From NCBI RefSeq assembly GCF_009914755.1, contig NC_060926.1: 64,000 bases of DNA; one strand, 5' to 3'. The stretch comes from the human T2T-CHM13v2.0 reference genome, Homo sapiens. The notes below the pieces were generated by a model. The model saw only the letters and a list, made by a program, of their open reading frames with translations, had not been told where the DNA came from and searched no databases. The translations under genes and the position numbers were made by a program. This document shows, in pieces, positions 36,571-55,005 of this stretch (positions are counted from its first letter, which is position 1; every line of letters begins with the position of its first letter).

Positions 36571-37774
36571 GATTAATCAGGGTCTAGTAAGTTAAACTCA
36601 AGGTCAAGTCCAATTAATGTCAATACCAATTTTCATAGAGATATTGAAAGAAAGCTGGAATTTCTCAGTAATACCTGTACTTGCCAAAAGCTAGGAAAAG
36701 TGTTCTATAATGCAGAGGCAGTTTTTTTTTTTTTTTTTTTTTAAATCTGTGAATTCTAGAAAGAAAACGGGAATAAAATCTTCACTCTCAAAGACATAAT
36801 GTACAATTATTTGACAAGCCACAAATTACCTAGGATTCATGTAAAACTTATAGGACACAAGCCTTGTTAGTAGCTACAAAGTCAGGGAGATGTGATTACC
36901 TGGAAATAAAGCCTCCTCGTTTATTAATTGATTTATCACACTGTATTATGTTTCTTGAAATTTGGAGACTTTTGGGCTTTTTGAGATTTTGAAGAGTTGA
37001 AGGATAAAAGAAGACTTTAAAAATTGACAGTGAAATTAAAACCCAAGGAAGAACAATTTGTGGAAAACAAATGCTCATCATTTTAATCTGGAGCTGTTAC
37101 ATATCACTGTAATATACTTTATGTGTATTTTTCTTGTAAATTAATTAATTAAACAATTTTACTTACATATCTTTAAATAAATAATGTTATAGTGATTTAT
37201 ATAATAGGAATGAACATGAGTGCACGGAATGATAATAGTAGTATTTTAGTTACTGTTTATTTTTAATAACGTTTGTTTTGGAGGAGGGATATTTTATTTA
37301 TTGGGCCCAAGACACTCTCTTTCCATCCTTGAAGCTGCCATCCTGGATTTACTAGCTTGGCTAGTTTGGTACCTCCTAAGGAATACATAACATCTGAAAG
37401 ATGATATTGTGGGATTCTGAAATAGAATTTTCATACTGCTCCTAAAAGAGAAGATGATTCTGTTTTTGTTTATCCAGTAGATTTGTAGAAAACCAAGCTA
37501 AGTAACCAATGCCTACTCTATCTGCTCTAGTTCAAATACAACTTAGGAATTTGAGAAGATAATAGAAATTAGGAGTTGATGTAAGAAAAGCTCTGTCAAA
37601 CTCTAAGTGGCTCTATTTAAGAGAAATACAAATGCAGACTTTTCTCAAATATAAAGACACTTTGATTCCTATGTTACAGAAGCTTATGTGTAGCATCTGT
37701 TTGGGGTTTACACTGATCTGTGCTGAGCTAACTATAGATGTAAGTAAATGGCTTATCAAGAACTTATGTCTTAC

Positions 37775-37909
37775 CTGTGAAACTTCAAAATCTGCCTGGA
37801 GATTTCCAGAGGCTAACCCACTTAGGACAACAATTTCATTTTCTTTTGGTTGTTGGACATTCATGGAACTGATAAGTTTTGGAAGATCTGGTGAAACGTT
37901 GACCAGTTT
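37775..37909 (-). CDS. SPHKAP: SPHKAP coding exon (exon 5), KLVNVSPDLP...QADFEVSQ
   Basis: 135 nt, cag|AAA...CAG|gtaag, phase 0-0; overlaps ORF 37613..37864. Confidence 0.95.
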
Positions 37910-38274
37910 CTGTAAAGCAAGAATCTTTATTAGTTTAGCTGATTTCTTTTCACCAAATACTACTCACAAACTACTTTACCTTCAGAAATAATACTCATAA
38001 CTGCTCATACATATAGACTGCTTAATCTACCAAGATTCTTACTAGAAGAAATTTTATAAAATGGAAGCATGCAAGTTTAGATTGAAAGAGAAAATATAAG
38101 CTTCAAAAACTCTTTAGTTCTACATTTTACAAAAGTAAACATTTTACAAAGTAAACATAAAGTAAACATTATGATAGTAATTACTATCATACCACAGGTA
38201 TAAACAGTAACTTGGAAAAATTTTCCCTTTTAAGACCTTGCATAAAACATTTTTTGTTTTAACTAATAATCTTC

Positions 38275-38665
38275 CGATATGGCTTGGCTCTGTGTCCCCA
38301 TCCAAATCTCATCTTGTAGCTGCTATAATTGCCACGTGTTGTGGGAGGGACCTGGTGGGAGATGATTGGATCATGGGGGCGAGTCTCTCCTGCACTGTTC
38401 TTGTGATAGTGAGTGGGTCTCATGAGATCTGATGGTTTTAAAAAGTGGGAATTTTTCTGCACAAGCTCTCTCTTTGCCTGCTGCCATCCACATGAGATGT
38501 GACTTGCTCCTCCTTGCCTTCCATCATGATTGTGAGGCCTCCCCAGCCAGGTGGAACTGTAAATCCAATAAACCTCTTTCTTATAAGTCCAATAAACCTC
38601 TTTCTTATGTAAATTGCCCAGTATCGGGTATGTGTTTATCAGCATCCTGAAAATGGACTAATACC
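38275..38665 (+). mobile_element. THE1 solo LTR with a 24-bp internal duplication
   Basis: 'gatatggcttggctctgtgtcccca...aaatggactaatac'; 5-bp TSD TCTTC at 38270-38274 and 38666-38670. Confidence 0.9.
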
Positions 38666-39868
38666 TCTTCTTTTCTAATTGTGAATAATAATAATTATAA
38701 TAAAATTGTGACTAGCATTGATTTTACTCTGTGTACTAAGCACTATGCTAGAGCCTGTATATATGTTAAATCTGACTACATTTAATCTTCACAATAACCC
38801 TACATGGATTAGGTACCATTATTCCTTTCATGTTATACACAAGCAGCCTCAGGACCAGGCCCAGTAACTTGCACAGTTCATATAGCTAAATCAGTGCCAA
38901 GGTGTCTGCATGCTCTTAGCCATAGCAGACAATTATTTCAAATCACTCACGTAAACTCTTCAAACACACTACTCTTAGATACCAACTTGCTTTGGCCCTC
39001 CCTGCTCTCTCTTTGATGGACTCTGCACCATAATTCTATCAAATACAATTGTATGTGTAATTTCTTTTGAAAATCCCATAGTACTACACATATGATGATA
39101 TTTGGGGCTCGGTGAAAATTTGTAATCAATTAGCTGTGTGGGAAACTGGGTTTGAGAAGCTTGAAGTGCAGCATTGTCAATATGGGAATAACTGTCAGTA
39201 ACCGAGTAATTGCAGGTCTACTGTTCTGTGAAAATCAAGTGGCAAATCGTGTGCTGTTATACATTAAACAGTATTACACCAAATGGTAAATTCAAACCAT
39301 TGTCAGGTTTTAGCATGGAATGGCAACCTTATTACAGCACTTAATTCTTCCCATTGTATCAGCAGGCTCTAGTTCCAGAGGACTGAATAGATCTTCAAGT
39401 CCTTGCATACTGTCAAGCATTTACATCAGGGCCCTCACTGCCTTGGATGCACTTGGAGAATTTTAGCTGCAACAGGATGCAAAAAGTTCAAGCCAAGGGT
39501 ACAGGTAAAGCATTTGATGAAAGCAGCAGGAAGAAGCAAATCTGAGAGACAGAGGGGAGGGTTGGCTGGTATCAGCAGGTTTTGGAAAATTCTTAGAAAA
39601 GTCATCTACAAATAGTCATTTTAAGGCACTGATGGGCAAGAGGATGTGTGCCTGTTTGGACAGTTCTGCCTACATGGGAGAGCAAGTTTCACAAATGTAA
39701 AAAGGGCAAACGGTAGAGGGTAAGTGCTAGGGAAAGGGTCGGGGAAATGGCCTGTAATGAAACTATCTAACTAAAGAGTCTCCTACAAAATGAGCATTAT
39801 TTACAGATGAAATCAAGTTGAATAGTCCTTGTAATGACCTCCCGGTCAGCTTGAGTTTCAAATGTTAC

Positions 39869-39928
39869 CTGTTGCAGGTGCTCTGTGCTGCATTCATCCT
39901 TGTTCACATCAAGATTCACAAAGCAGAC
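39869..39928 (-). CDS. SPHKAP: SPHKAP coding exon (exon 4), VCFVNLDVNKDECSTEHLQQ
   Basis: 60 nt, cag|GTC...CAG|gtaac, phase 0-0; peptide recognised as the SPHKAP N-terminal region and joins in frame with the next exon. Confidence 0.93.
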
Positions 39929-40070
39929 CTGGGAAAAGAGGGCAAAAATAGTACGTTAAAGTCAAAAACCTGACTGTCTTTTTAGAAGAAAGAAAGCAGG
40001 AATCAGTTGGGGCAAATGCTTTGGGAGTCTTCCACATCTTAGACAGTTTGGCATAGAAATAGTCATTTCA

Positions 40071-40389
<319 letters not shown>

Positions 40390-40865
40390 TCACTTTTGAG
40401 CCTCCAAATAGCTCTCCAACACCCTGCTCAGCTTCCCACTGGTCACAACAAATGCCCGCTTCCTTTCATGGCCCAACATACTAAAAAAGTCTGCTTGTAT
40501 TAGAGCCAATAGAACAGTTACAACAAAATCTTCAAGTTTATAAGGTGTTATCAGATCTCATGAAATAGGAAAAATAACTTTTTATGCTCTAAGCCTCTGT
40601 TTGTAATTGCAATAAATACTTTTCTCTATTTTCTCCTTTCCTCTTCTCATTTTTGCTCCTTTTCTCTACCCACTTTTAATGTAGTGCATAATAAGCCAGG
40701 ACTCCTCTTTGCCACATTGTTTTAGTTCATTTTACTTTATTTAACCTTGTTATACAATTTGCCTCTTTGTTAGCTATGTTGGATAAATGTCTGAATGGGT
40801 TAGTCTAAAAACAATAGCCATAATATTAAACAATAAATCTGAACAACAGTGAAACATTGTTATAA

Positions 40866-41222
40866 AGTCATATGTTGCATAATGAACAACATTTTGGTCA
40901 AGAACTGATCACATATACAACAGTGGTCCTTTAAGATTATAATACCGTATTTTTACTGTTTTTACCTTTTCTATGTTTACATATGTTTAGATATACAAAT
41001 ACTTAATGATTGTGTTTCAGTTGCCTGTGGTATTTAGGACAGAAACATGCTGTACAGGTTTATAGCCTAGGAGTAATAGGTTATACCATATAACCTACAG
41101 GTACAGTAAGCTATGTCATCTAGACTTGTCTAAGTACAGTCTATGATGTTCAAACAGTGACAAAATCACCTAATCATGCATTTCTCATAACATGTCCCTA
41201 ACAGTAAGTGACTCATGCCTGT
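40866..41222 (+). mobile_element. Tigger3/Golem-derived DNA transposon
   Basis: 'aagattataataccgtatttttactg...catgctgtacaggtttatagcctaggag...tgcatttctca'. Confidence 0.75.
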
Positions 41223-42618
41223 AATTTAAATCCCAAATATACCACATAGTTAGAAAACTACTATGAGCATTCAGATGGGGTTGGAGAAAAGAAAGTTAAA
41301 GTTTTCAAAGAGGTTAGCTATGTTTTTGAAAGATAAAAAGACTTTTGTTGGGTAGGGAATGGGTGGGGACCATCACTAGTGGGTTGGACAGACAGCATGA
41401 TTAATACTTTGAGGTGAGAAAGTGTAACGCTGTCAAGCCACAGGGAATAAGAGAATCTGACTGCAGGCAGGCCTAGAGGAAGGGAAGTGTTGGTAATTAG
41501 GTCTAGTTAGGTTTGGGCTAAATGAGAAAATGCAAATGAGGTTCTCTAATACTTTGCTAGCAATCATCCAAAGGTTTTTATTTCTAACTAGTTGATTTGA
41601 TGTTACAAAACGGAGAACATTAATTACCTGGAATTTAGTTAGACATTTGAACTTTCAGATGCCTGCAAATATATGGGGCTTTCTGATCTTAGTTACTTTT
41701 TGGGATCATGGTTTCTTAGTCCATCTTTTTTCTTTTTGAGGTTAAAAAAATAATGGAAAGGTTTTGAGAAAGATCTTAAAAACTGAAATAGAAGTGTAAA
41801 GATCACTACTGCTTTAGTCCCAAAGAATAGGAGATTTCTTCAAGTTTCATGGACTCACAAGATCCTTGAAGTGCAACCCTAGGATGCACCATCTGCCTGT
41901 TAAGAATAACTTGATGGGCATTAGGGGGAAGAAAGGGCATGAAAGGACCCACACTCCCATTCAGAAGTTCTTTTTGCTCTGGGTTAATAAGATGGAAAAA
42001 TAGGAAGAAATTGGCATGAGTCCCTTTGCAGACAGTGCAAATGGAAGCATAAATAGAAGATGGAGCTCAGAAGCAGTTCATGATCTAGGGAAGTTTGATA
42101 ATATTCATATAATAATTGAAACTTTGCCCTTGGAAAACTAGTTCAATATCCATCAGTCCTCAGGGACTTTTAATAACATGCAGCTGGCACTGGTGGTATT
42201 GAATTGATGAGAAGATTTTCCATTCACCTTAAAGAAAGGCCCATTACCTTGCTCCTGGGCATGACAAAGCTTTTATTATCATGCATCACAGTGGCAGAGG
42301 GCAAAGCAGAGATCAGAGAGCAAAGAAAGGCCTCTATAGTAGCAATTTGTCTGCCCTCCAACATTTTCTTTAGTTTTCTGAGGATGAACTCTCTTTTCAC
42401 CCATTTTAGGCTACTATATGAAACTCTACCTACACCTGGAGGACACTCTCCACATTTGCTAGCTGAACCAAGATAAAAACAAAGCAAGACACAAACCAAC
42501 TTCTTGCTTATACTTCTCATGCACATCTTGCAATATCTTCATAGTAGGGGATGATCCAGGCTTCTTAAGGCCTGATGTGCATGCAATGTGGGGAGGCCTT
42601 CTTTAAGAAATGGAATAA

Positions 42619-42985
<367 letters not shown>

Positions 42986-43395
42986 TTACTTCTTTAGAAG
43001 GAAAAAAGGAATTACAAGAAAGCTAGAACTTAAAAGGGCTGGCAAATACTAAAAACATAAAAACTGCCAGGAATATGATATCTAATTGACTGCCCAATGC
43101 ACCTCCATAATATTTTTTTTTTTTTACATTTTTGACTGACTACTCTTTGGTCACCTCTTCATGTGAAAGCAATATTGAAATATTGTCTTCTCTAGAGAAA
43201 CTAGAAAAATAAGCTAGTTTTCCTCTGACATGGTTGACTGATTTTTTAACTTCCAGATTTTTATTGAAAATATGTTTTACGAGGGTGGAGCCAAGATGGC
43301 CGAATAGGAACAGCTCTGGTCTACAGCTCCCAGTGTGAGCGATGCAGAAGATGGGTGATTTCTGCATTTCTATCTGAGGTACCAGGCTCATCTCA

Positions 43396-43719
43396 CTAGG
43401 GAGTGCCAGAGAGTGGATGCAGCGCACCGTGCATGAGCCAAAGGAGGGCGAGGTGTTGCCTCACTTGGGAAGAGCAAGGGGTCAGGGAGTTCCCTTTCCT
43501 AGTCAAAGAAAGGGGTGACAGACGGCACCTGGAAAATTGGGTCACTCCCACCCTAATACTGTGCTTTTCCAACGGGCTTAAAAAACAGCACACCAGGAGA
43601 TTATATCCCGCACCTGGCTCAGAGGGTCCTACGCCCATGGAGTCTCCCTGATTGCTAGCACAGCAGTCTGAGATCAAACTGCAAGGCAGCAGCGAGGCTG
43701 GGGGAGGGGTGTTGGCCAT
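43396..43719 (-). CDS. L1 ORF0 homologue, C-terminally extended (107 aa)
   Basis: MANTPPPASLLPCSLISDCCASNQGDSMGVGPSEPG... resembles primate L1 ORF0; strong Kozak context gcaATGG; expression unknown. Confidence 0.5.
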   Translation of the reverse strand: MANTPPPASLLPCSLISDCCASNQGDSMGVGPSEPGAGYNLLVCCFLSPLEKHSIRVGVTQFSRCRLSPLSLTRKGNSLTPCSSQVRQHLALLWLMHGALHPLSGTP

Positions 43720-45386
43720 TGCCCAGGCTTGATTAGGCAAACAAAAATGCCAGGAAGCTCGATCTGGGTGGAGCCCACCACAGCTCAAGGAGGCCTGCCT
43801 GCCTCTGTAGGCTCCACCTCTGGGGGCAGGGCACAGACAAACAAAAAGACAGCAGTAACCTCTGCAGACTTAAATGTCCCTGTCTGACAGCTTTGAAGAG
43901 AGTAGTGGTTCTCCCAGCATGCAGCTGGAGATCTGAGAATGGGCAGACTGCCTCCTTAAGCGGGTCCTTGACCCCCGAGCAGCCTAACTCGGAGGCACCC
44001 CCCAGTAGGAGCAGACTGACACCTCACACGGCCAGATACTCCTCTGAGACAAAACTTCCAGAAGAACGATCAGGCAGCAGCATTTGCAGTTCACCAAGAT
44101 CTGCTGTTCTACAGCCACCGCTGTTCTGTAGCCACCGCTGCTGATACCAAGACAAACATGGTCTGGAATGGACCTCTAGCAAACTCCAACAGACCTGCAG
44201 CTGAGGGTCCTGTCTGCTAGAAGGAAAACTAACGAACAGAAAGGACATCCACACCAAAAACCCTTCTGTACATCACCATTATCAAAGACCAAAAGTAGAT
44301 AAAGCCACAAAGATGGGGAAAAAACAGCAGAAAAACTGGAAACTCTAAAAAGCAGAGCGCCTCTCCTCCTCCAAAGGAACGCAGCTCCTCACCAGCAACG
44401 GAACAAAGCTGGACGGAGAATGACTTTGATGAGCTGAGAGAAGAAGTCTTCAGACGATCAAACTACTCCGAACTACAGGAGGAAATTCAAACCAATGGCA
44501 AAGAAGTTAAAAACTTTGAAAAAAAATTAGATGAATGGATAACTAGAATAACCAACGCAGAGAAGTCCTTAAAGGAGCTGATGGAGCTGAAAGCCAAGGC
44601 TCGAGAACTACATGAAGGATACAGAAGCCTAAGGAGCTGATGCGATCAACTGGAAGAAAGGGTATCATTGATGGAAGATGAAATGAATGAAATGAAGCGA
44701 GAAGGGAAGATTAGAGAAAAAAGAATTAAAAAAACGAACAAAGCCTCCAAGAAATATGGCATTATGTGAAAAGACCAAATCTACGTCTGATTGCTGTACC
44801 TGAAACTGACGGGGAGAATGGAACCAAGTTGGAAAACACTCTGCAGGATGTTATCCAGGAGAACTTCCCCAATCTAGCAAGGCAGGCAAACATTCAGATC
44901 CAGGAAATACAGAGAACGCCACAAAGATACTCCTCGAGAAGAGCAACTCCAAGATAATTGTCAGATTCACCAAAGTTGAAATGAAGGAAAAAATGTTAAG
45001 GGCAGCCAGAGAGAAAGGTCGGGTTACCCACAAAGGGAAGCCCATCAGACTAACAGCTGATCTCTTGGCAGAAACTCTACAAGCCAGAAAAGAGTAGGGA
45101 CCAATATTCAACATTCTTAAAGAAAAGAATTTTCAACCCAGAATTTCATATCCAGCCAAACTAAGCTTCATAAGTGAAGGAGAAATAAAATACTTTACAG
45201 ACAAGCAAATACTGAGAGATTTTGTCACCACCAGGCCTGCCCTACAAGAGCTCCTGAAGGAAGCACTAAACATGGAAAGGAACAACCGGTACCTGCCACT
45301 CCAAAAACATGCCAAAATGTAAAGACCATCGAGGCTAGGAAGAAAACTGCATCAACTAACGAGCAAAATAACCAGCTAACATCATG

Positions 45387-49214
<3,828 letters not shown>

Positions 49215-52200
49215 ACCATGAGAACACATGGGCACAGGAAGGGGAACATCACACTCTGGGGCCTGTTGTGGGGTGGGAGGAGGGGGGAGGGATAGCATTA
49301 GGACATATACCTAATGCTAAGTGACGAGTTAATGGGTGCAGCACACCAACATGGCACCTGTATACATATGTAACAAACCTGCACATTGTGCGCATGTACC
49401 CTAAAACTTAAAGTATAATAATAAATAAATAAATAGATAAAATATTTTTCAGCTTATTGTCAAAATCAGTGGGAAACTACTGTACAGTTTCTTTCATATA
49501 TGAGTTGTTATAGGCATACTCACTCTTTTTAGTACCTTTACAGTTTTGTACTCTAAAGACATAATTTGGATTGATTCTCTTTGGTGTGATTTCCATGAAA
49601 AAAAATGCATCATGCATTTCTGATTTTCAATGCTGTACTATCAAATGAATGCCCACAAGGAGAAAATTTCTGGTTGACTGGGCATCAAAGAGGACCCAAT
49701 CTTGCACTTAAGTTTTACATGTCTGATGATTGGAAGAATTTTACACAGAATAGCTTCTGATATGTAAACCTTGTTTCCTCTCACTGCCTACATATTTTTG
49801 TATTGGAAACTGTAGGATATGCTCACACCATCCCTGACCTGGCACATTCATGTTGCAATGTCTGCTTGAGTTACCACTCTTGATGGTAGAAGCATTCCTG
49901 GAAGTCATTCCTATATGTGGATGGCTAGCAATCACTTAACTATATACGAAAGTGACCTGAAGCTACATAAATATATCTCATGTAAACAGAACCCCCCTCA
50001 ATTTCCCTTAAGCCAGAGCCCAATAACACCTGTGGTCATCCAATGACTCTCAGTTTGCGGGGAGATAAGAGGTAGTAGGAGTCGAAATGGAAAGAGATAA
50101 GCATAGTTAAAATATCTTACTTTGAATATTTTACAAAAACACATAACCATGTGAATACATTGATAGGCCCTGTCCCAAGGGCCTTGAAACTGGGGCCTAT
50201 GCACATTAACAGCCCTGAAACCTAAATTTTGGTAGTTTTACAGTAAATCCACTTCTTGATGAAATAGACAATGTGACTGGATTGCTCTTAGCAAGTTTTC
50301 AATCTCTACAAGTTTGGGCTATTAATTGAGATTTAAGCAACCACTAATGCTGAAGTCCAAGTAGAGAATACAGGACCAGCCTCTGTCTAGTAGAGCTGGG
50401 GAGTGGTGAGCCTGGATTAGGAGGCTTTGATGAGGAGACTGAACGTTTGATGAGGAGATCGAATGTCTTCAAAGTGCTTGGTGTCAATGCTGGGTGCTGA
50501 GAAGACAAACAATACAAGGCATTGTTTTTGCTCTTGGGAGTTATGATCTGTCTGAAGGCAGGACATGTCCTTAAAGTGACAGAAACATCATGGGCCACGT
50601 GTGCTGGAGAAGGGAGTTGGGAGAACTGGATCAATCATGAATGGTATCCAGGAGAAGGCTGAATTTGAGGTGAGCTTGGAGGTCAGGGGACATGTTTACA
50701 GTGTTATTACAGGAGGAAACTTTTGGTAGTGGGAAGCTGAAATAAAGTTTTTATTTTTTTTTGCAGGGGCAGTTAGGGTGAATGTTATGTGTGACTAAAA
50801 TGATAAAACCTGGAAGATTCTGCATTACGGTTGCATGAGCTGGAGAGAAACCTGTCAGTGGGGAGGCTAGGGCTGCATGCTGGAGCCACCAGCCAATGGA
50901 GAACAAGGCATAATTACTGTGCTCTTATTGCATTCTCTGTAAAATGCCTGCATGAGCAAATCCAAATATGCCAAATGACCTAGGAAAGGATTTTTTTAAG
51001 TATGTATTTTTACATAATTATCCTTTTTTCTTGAACATAGAAGTAGTGGATTTTCCTGCAGTCTTCACATCCTGTTAGTTCATGAGGGCAGGCCCTGTCC
51101 ATCACTGGATTCCCAGTGCTCAGCATGGTGCCAGGCATCTGGCAGATGCTCAATAAATTCTCGTTGGTGAGTGCAGGTGACAGGTGTACAAGAAAGGGAC
51201 ATTTGTAATAATCATTTCCCTTATTTATAGAATGAATTCCAATGAATGTAGTCAATAAACAGTTTTCTTCCCATAAAGGTACAGGGAATACGTACAGAAG
51301 CTACAGGAGAATTAAATGAGCTAATAAACCAGCTATTGGCTACCATTTCCAGTACTTAGATTGGCTTCGTTTTCTCACAAAGAAGCATTTGCTAAAAAAC
51401 AGACAAAGACAAAATGTTGAGAATCATAATTGGTAATAAAGACCCATAAAAGGTGCTAACATTTTTCTTGGAATGGCAGCTCCTTTCTCTTCACATAAAA
51501 TACATTTCTTTTGTGTGTTTGTGCACGTGTCCTTACTGAGACCATCTGCAGACATACTTAGCTGAAGCAGATGGAAACACACATCATCCCGAAAGAACAC
51601 AAGCACTTCTTCTCTTGCTTCCTGAACAGAGCTAATCTTGTGGTTGTACTCCACCTTTTACACTCTAATGCTGCTCTTCTATCACTATTATGGTTTTTAA
51701 ACAAAACATTGCAGGAATAAATGTCACTGAGAAGATGATGCCACCTTATGATTTTGACTTTAATAAAATATTCCTCACAACTACTTACATACAATAAAAT
51801 TTGAATGTCTATAGGAAATACACAGTTTTTTTTAGTATTATGGGTTATTAGCCAAGTAATCACAGTGATTACTCTTATTTATGACTCTCTTTTCATAAAT
51901 GAAGTTCCATGTAGGCATTTGTAAAACTAAAATTTTGTTGTGAAATTTTATTAACTAGTGATATAAAATATATTTTTGTGAAAAGCTAATGTGAGGAAGA
52001 GGATGACATGAAAATCTAGTATTCAATACAAAACACAGTCATTTTTAAGTGAATTGTAATTCACAGCAACTTTTGCGAGGCAACTGTATTTTCTAAACAG
52101 TTTTATTTTGACAGATAAAGTCAGACAAAATCAGTGCTTTTATATAAGATAAAAATGAGTTTGACTTTTTGAATTAAACACATAGAAAGAACTGATGATG

Positions 52201-53747
52201 ACAATTGTTGGGATCAAATCCATATCATAAGTGCAGTTTTATGTTTTCATGTATTAATTTTAGTCAACATTTTAGACTATTCTGATAGTGAAATGCAACC
52301 ATCAAGAAATGTCATTGTATTCTGCGTCCACTAGGGGGAAATCACTGTGCAAGGGGTCAGATGACAGCAGGGTTTTAGCCTAGGAGGTGAGCCCTTTGAT
52401 TTCCTCTGCTTGATTTTTTTTCATTTTTCCTAAAGTTAGCTAACATCTACTAAGAAAACTTTTTCAGAAAATATTAACCAAAAGCATGATGTCAAATTGC
52501 CTTAAAATCTAGGCATTTGAATGTTGAATATGACCAAATATTTACTAACAGTTTTTCTTAGAAGAAAACCAATTCCTTCTTTGAGCAGCTTCTAACAATG
52601 CAGCCATCTGGCCATGTGGGATATGACAGCATCTCTTAATTTGATGGCATCAAAATGCTGATTCACAAAGCGTCTAAAGAAAACATTGCCTCCTTTCTTT
52701 TTCTAACCAAAAGGCTTCTGTTAGATTCAGGACCCTGGACCAAAATTACCTTCTAAAGAATATGACATTTTCTGCCTAGTACTGTAGGCAATTTTTTCAT
52801 CAACGGTGTTATGCCACCCATGCTGTGGACATTCCGGAATACATTCGACTGTTTGAGAAAATGTTGCATTTATATCCAGTCATTGCTTTGAAGTGATTGC
52901 AACAATTACACAAAATGAAATATAAAGTTTTATTTACATTTAAGACTGTCCAGCTTCTCTTTTTTTATTGTCAGCATTAAAAATAATTTTGAACTGCAAT
53001 TCTGGGGGAAGCTCTTCAAGCAGTTTGTGATAAGAGATACAGTAAAAGGAGTACAAATATCTAAAATACTAGAGATCTTTTAACTAAACCTACCTGAAGC
53101 CAATTGTATTGACAGCTTAAAAAATAAAATTAAAAAAATAAGTATGCACTCAAGATAATTGTCTATTTTGCCATAAAAATTTAGTGTTATTGTCTTAGAC
53201 ATTTCATTTGAATCGAGGATACACTTATATGTAATGTCTGATGTACATTTACTAGATATGTAACACATTATATTTATTTTAGATTTCCATTTTAAAGAAC
53301 TGCTAGTAGCAAGTGTTTCCTTCCTGAAAGTAGGCCCTAAGTAATTATGTGGACTAGAAGAAAACTAAAGAATCAGTAGAAAAATGTGTTTCTACATTTC
53401 ACCTGCTTGGAAAAATGTGCTCTGGGCTATATAAAAATAAAGCGGTAATAGAAAATTAACATATTAAAAATACACAATACCATAAGATGTTTTCCTATAT
53501 GATTTTTTAGGAATAGCTTTCTTGTGTTTTATCAGCCACTGGCAGTTTCTCTAGTGTGACTATTCTCTGTTTTCCATCAATCAGCAATTTTTTGTTGAAT
53601 TCCACTACATGCTAACACTAGACTCTAAGTTTAAGGCAGATATTCCAGGCACTAATTTTTTTCTCGGGGCTAAACATTTTTACCTCCAAGGGCTCTTAGG
53701 AAAGTTAAATCAGGATTCTCCAAGTATTTGTTCAGAAGACAGTTCTG

Positions 53748-54060
53748 GGCTGGGCACAGTGGCTCACACCTGTAGTCCCAGCACTTTGGGAGGCCGAGGC
53801 AGGTGCATCACAGGAATTCAGGAGTTCAAGACCAGCCTGGCCAACATGGCGAAACCCTGTCTCTACTAAAAATACAAAAATTAGCCAGGCGTGGTGGTGC
53901 GTGCCTGTAGTCCAGCTACTCAGGAGGCTGAGGCAGGAGAATCGCTTGAACCCAGGAGGCGGAGGAGGTTGCAGTGAACAGAGATCGTGTCACTGCTCTC
54001 CAGCCTGGGTGACAGAGTCAGACTCTGTCTCAAAAAAAAAAAAAAAAAAAGAAAAAAGAA
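53748..54060 (+). mobile_element. Alu (S-type)
   Basis: Dimeric Alu; TSD GAA(G/A)ACAGTTCT. Confidence 0.95.
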
Positions 54061-54749
54061 AACAGTTCTACATTCTCTGAAATCTTATGATCACTAGAGG
54101 GTATAACCTTGTCTTAGAGTAACTGTATTACTCTATGTAATACAGTGCAGATTTGCTGAATGAATCTAGGTGGTCATGTGGAGCGGAGGACACTGGCCGT
54201 GGGAGGGGATGTGCAGACTCTGGCTCTGCTCTCAGCTCCTATGCTGTTGTGAGGAAAGGAGATGGGAGCCATGTCCTGTGGGTTGTGAATTGTCAGGTGA
54301 GTCTTAGAAACAGAGCAGCTAATCATCTTTACTAGTCGGCAGTCTTAAGGCCGAACCATAACTATGAGGACTACTCTTGTTTCCTGGAAAAGGGAGAAGA
54401 AAGTGAAAGTGGAAATTAAAGGGCCCAAGTAGGAGAGAGCAGAAGAAAAAGAAACAAACAAACAAGAACAACATAAAAACAAGCAATCGTGCAAACAAAC
54501 AAACAACCAATGGAGCATCACAGGTACTGGCTTACTCCTGGAAGGAGCTGCATTTAGGTCTGAAGACCAATGGGCTCTGTGAGTAGGAGCACTTAACCTG
54601 CCTGCATGGCACATCAGAATCATCTGGACGGAGTTCTTACACTTGTATGTTCCTGCGCTCTGAACCACAACTATTTAATCAAAATCTCGGGTTGGGGCCT
54701 GAGGATATTTACTCAATTATTTATCAATTCTTACTATTATTATATATTT

Positions 54750-55005
54750 ATTTTTTAAAGATAATGGCTTTATTCAGATCTAATTTACATACCATATGAC
54801 GTATCCATTTAAAGTGTGTGATTCAATAACTTTTAGTATAGTCATCATTTCTAAAAGAAGCTATATCCATTAGCTGTCATTCACCATTTCCCCAAAATAC
54901 CCTTTTCCCAGCCCTAGGCAACTATTAATCTACTTTATATTTCTATAGATTTGTTTGTTCTGGAAATTTAATATAAATAGAATAATATGTAGTTTTTTGG
55001 TGACT
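54750..55005 (-). mobile_element. L1MB-like 3' end fragment
   Basis: 'tatccatttaaagtgt...cccagccctaggcaactattaatctacttt'. Confidence 0.6.

Noticed and set aside
54122-54146. 10-bp inverted repeat ACTGTATTAC-N5-GTAATACAGT, and a 9-bp one near 9537-9555
   Set aside because: Short enough to arise by chance in 64 kb of AT-rich DNA
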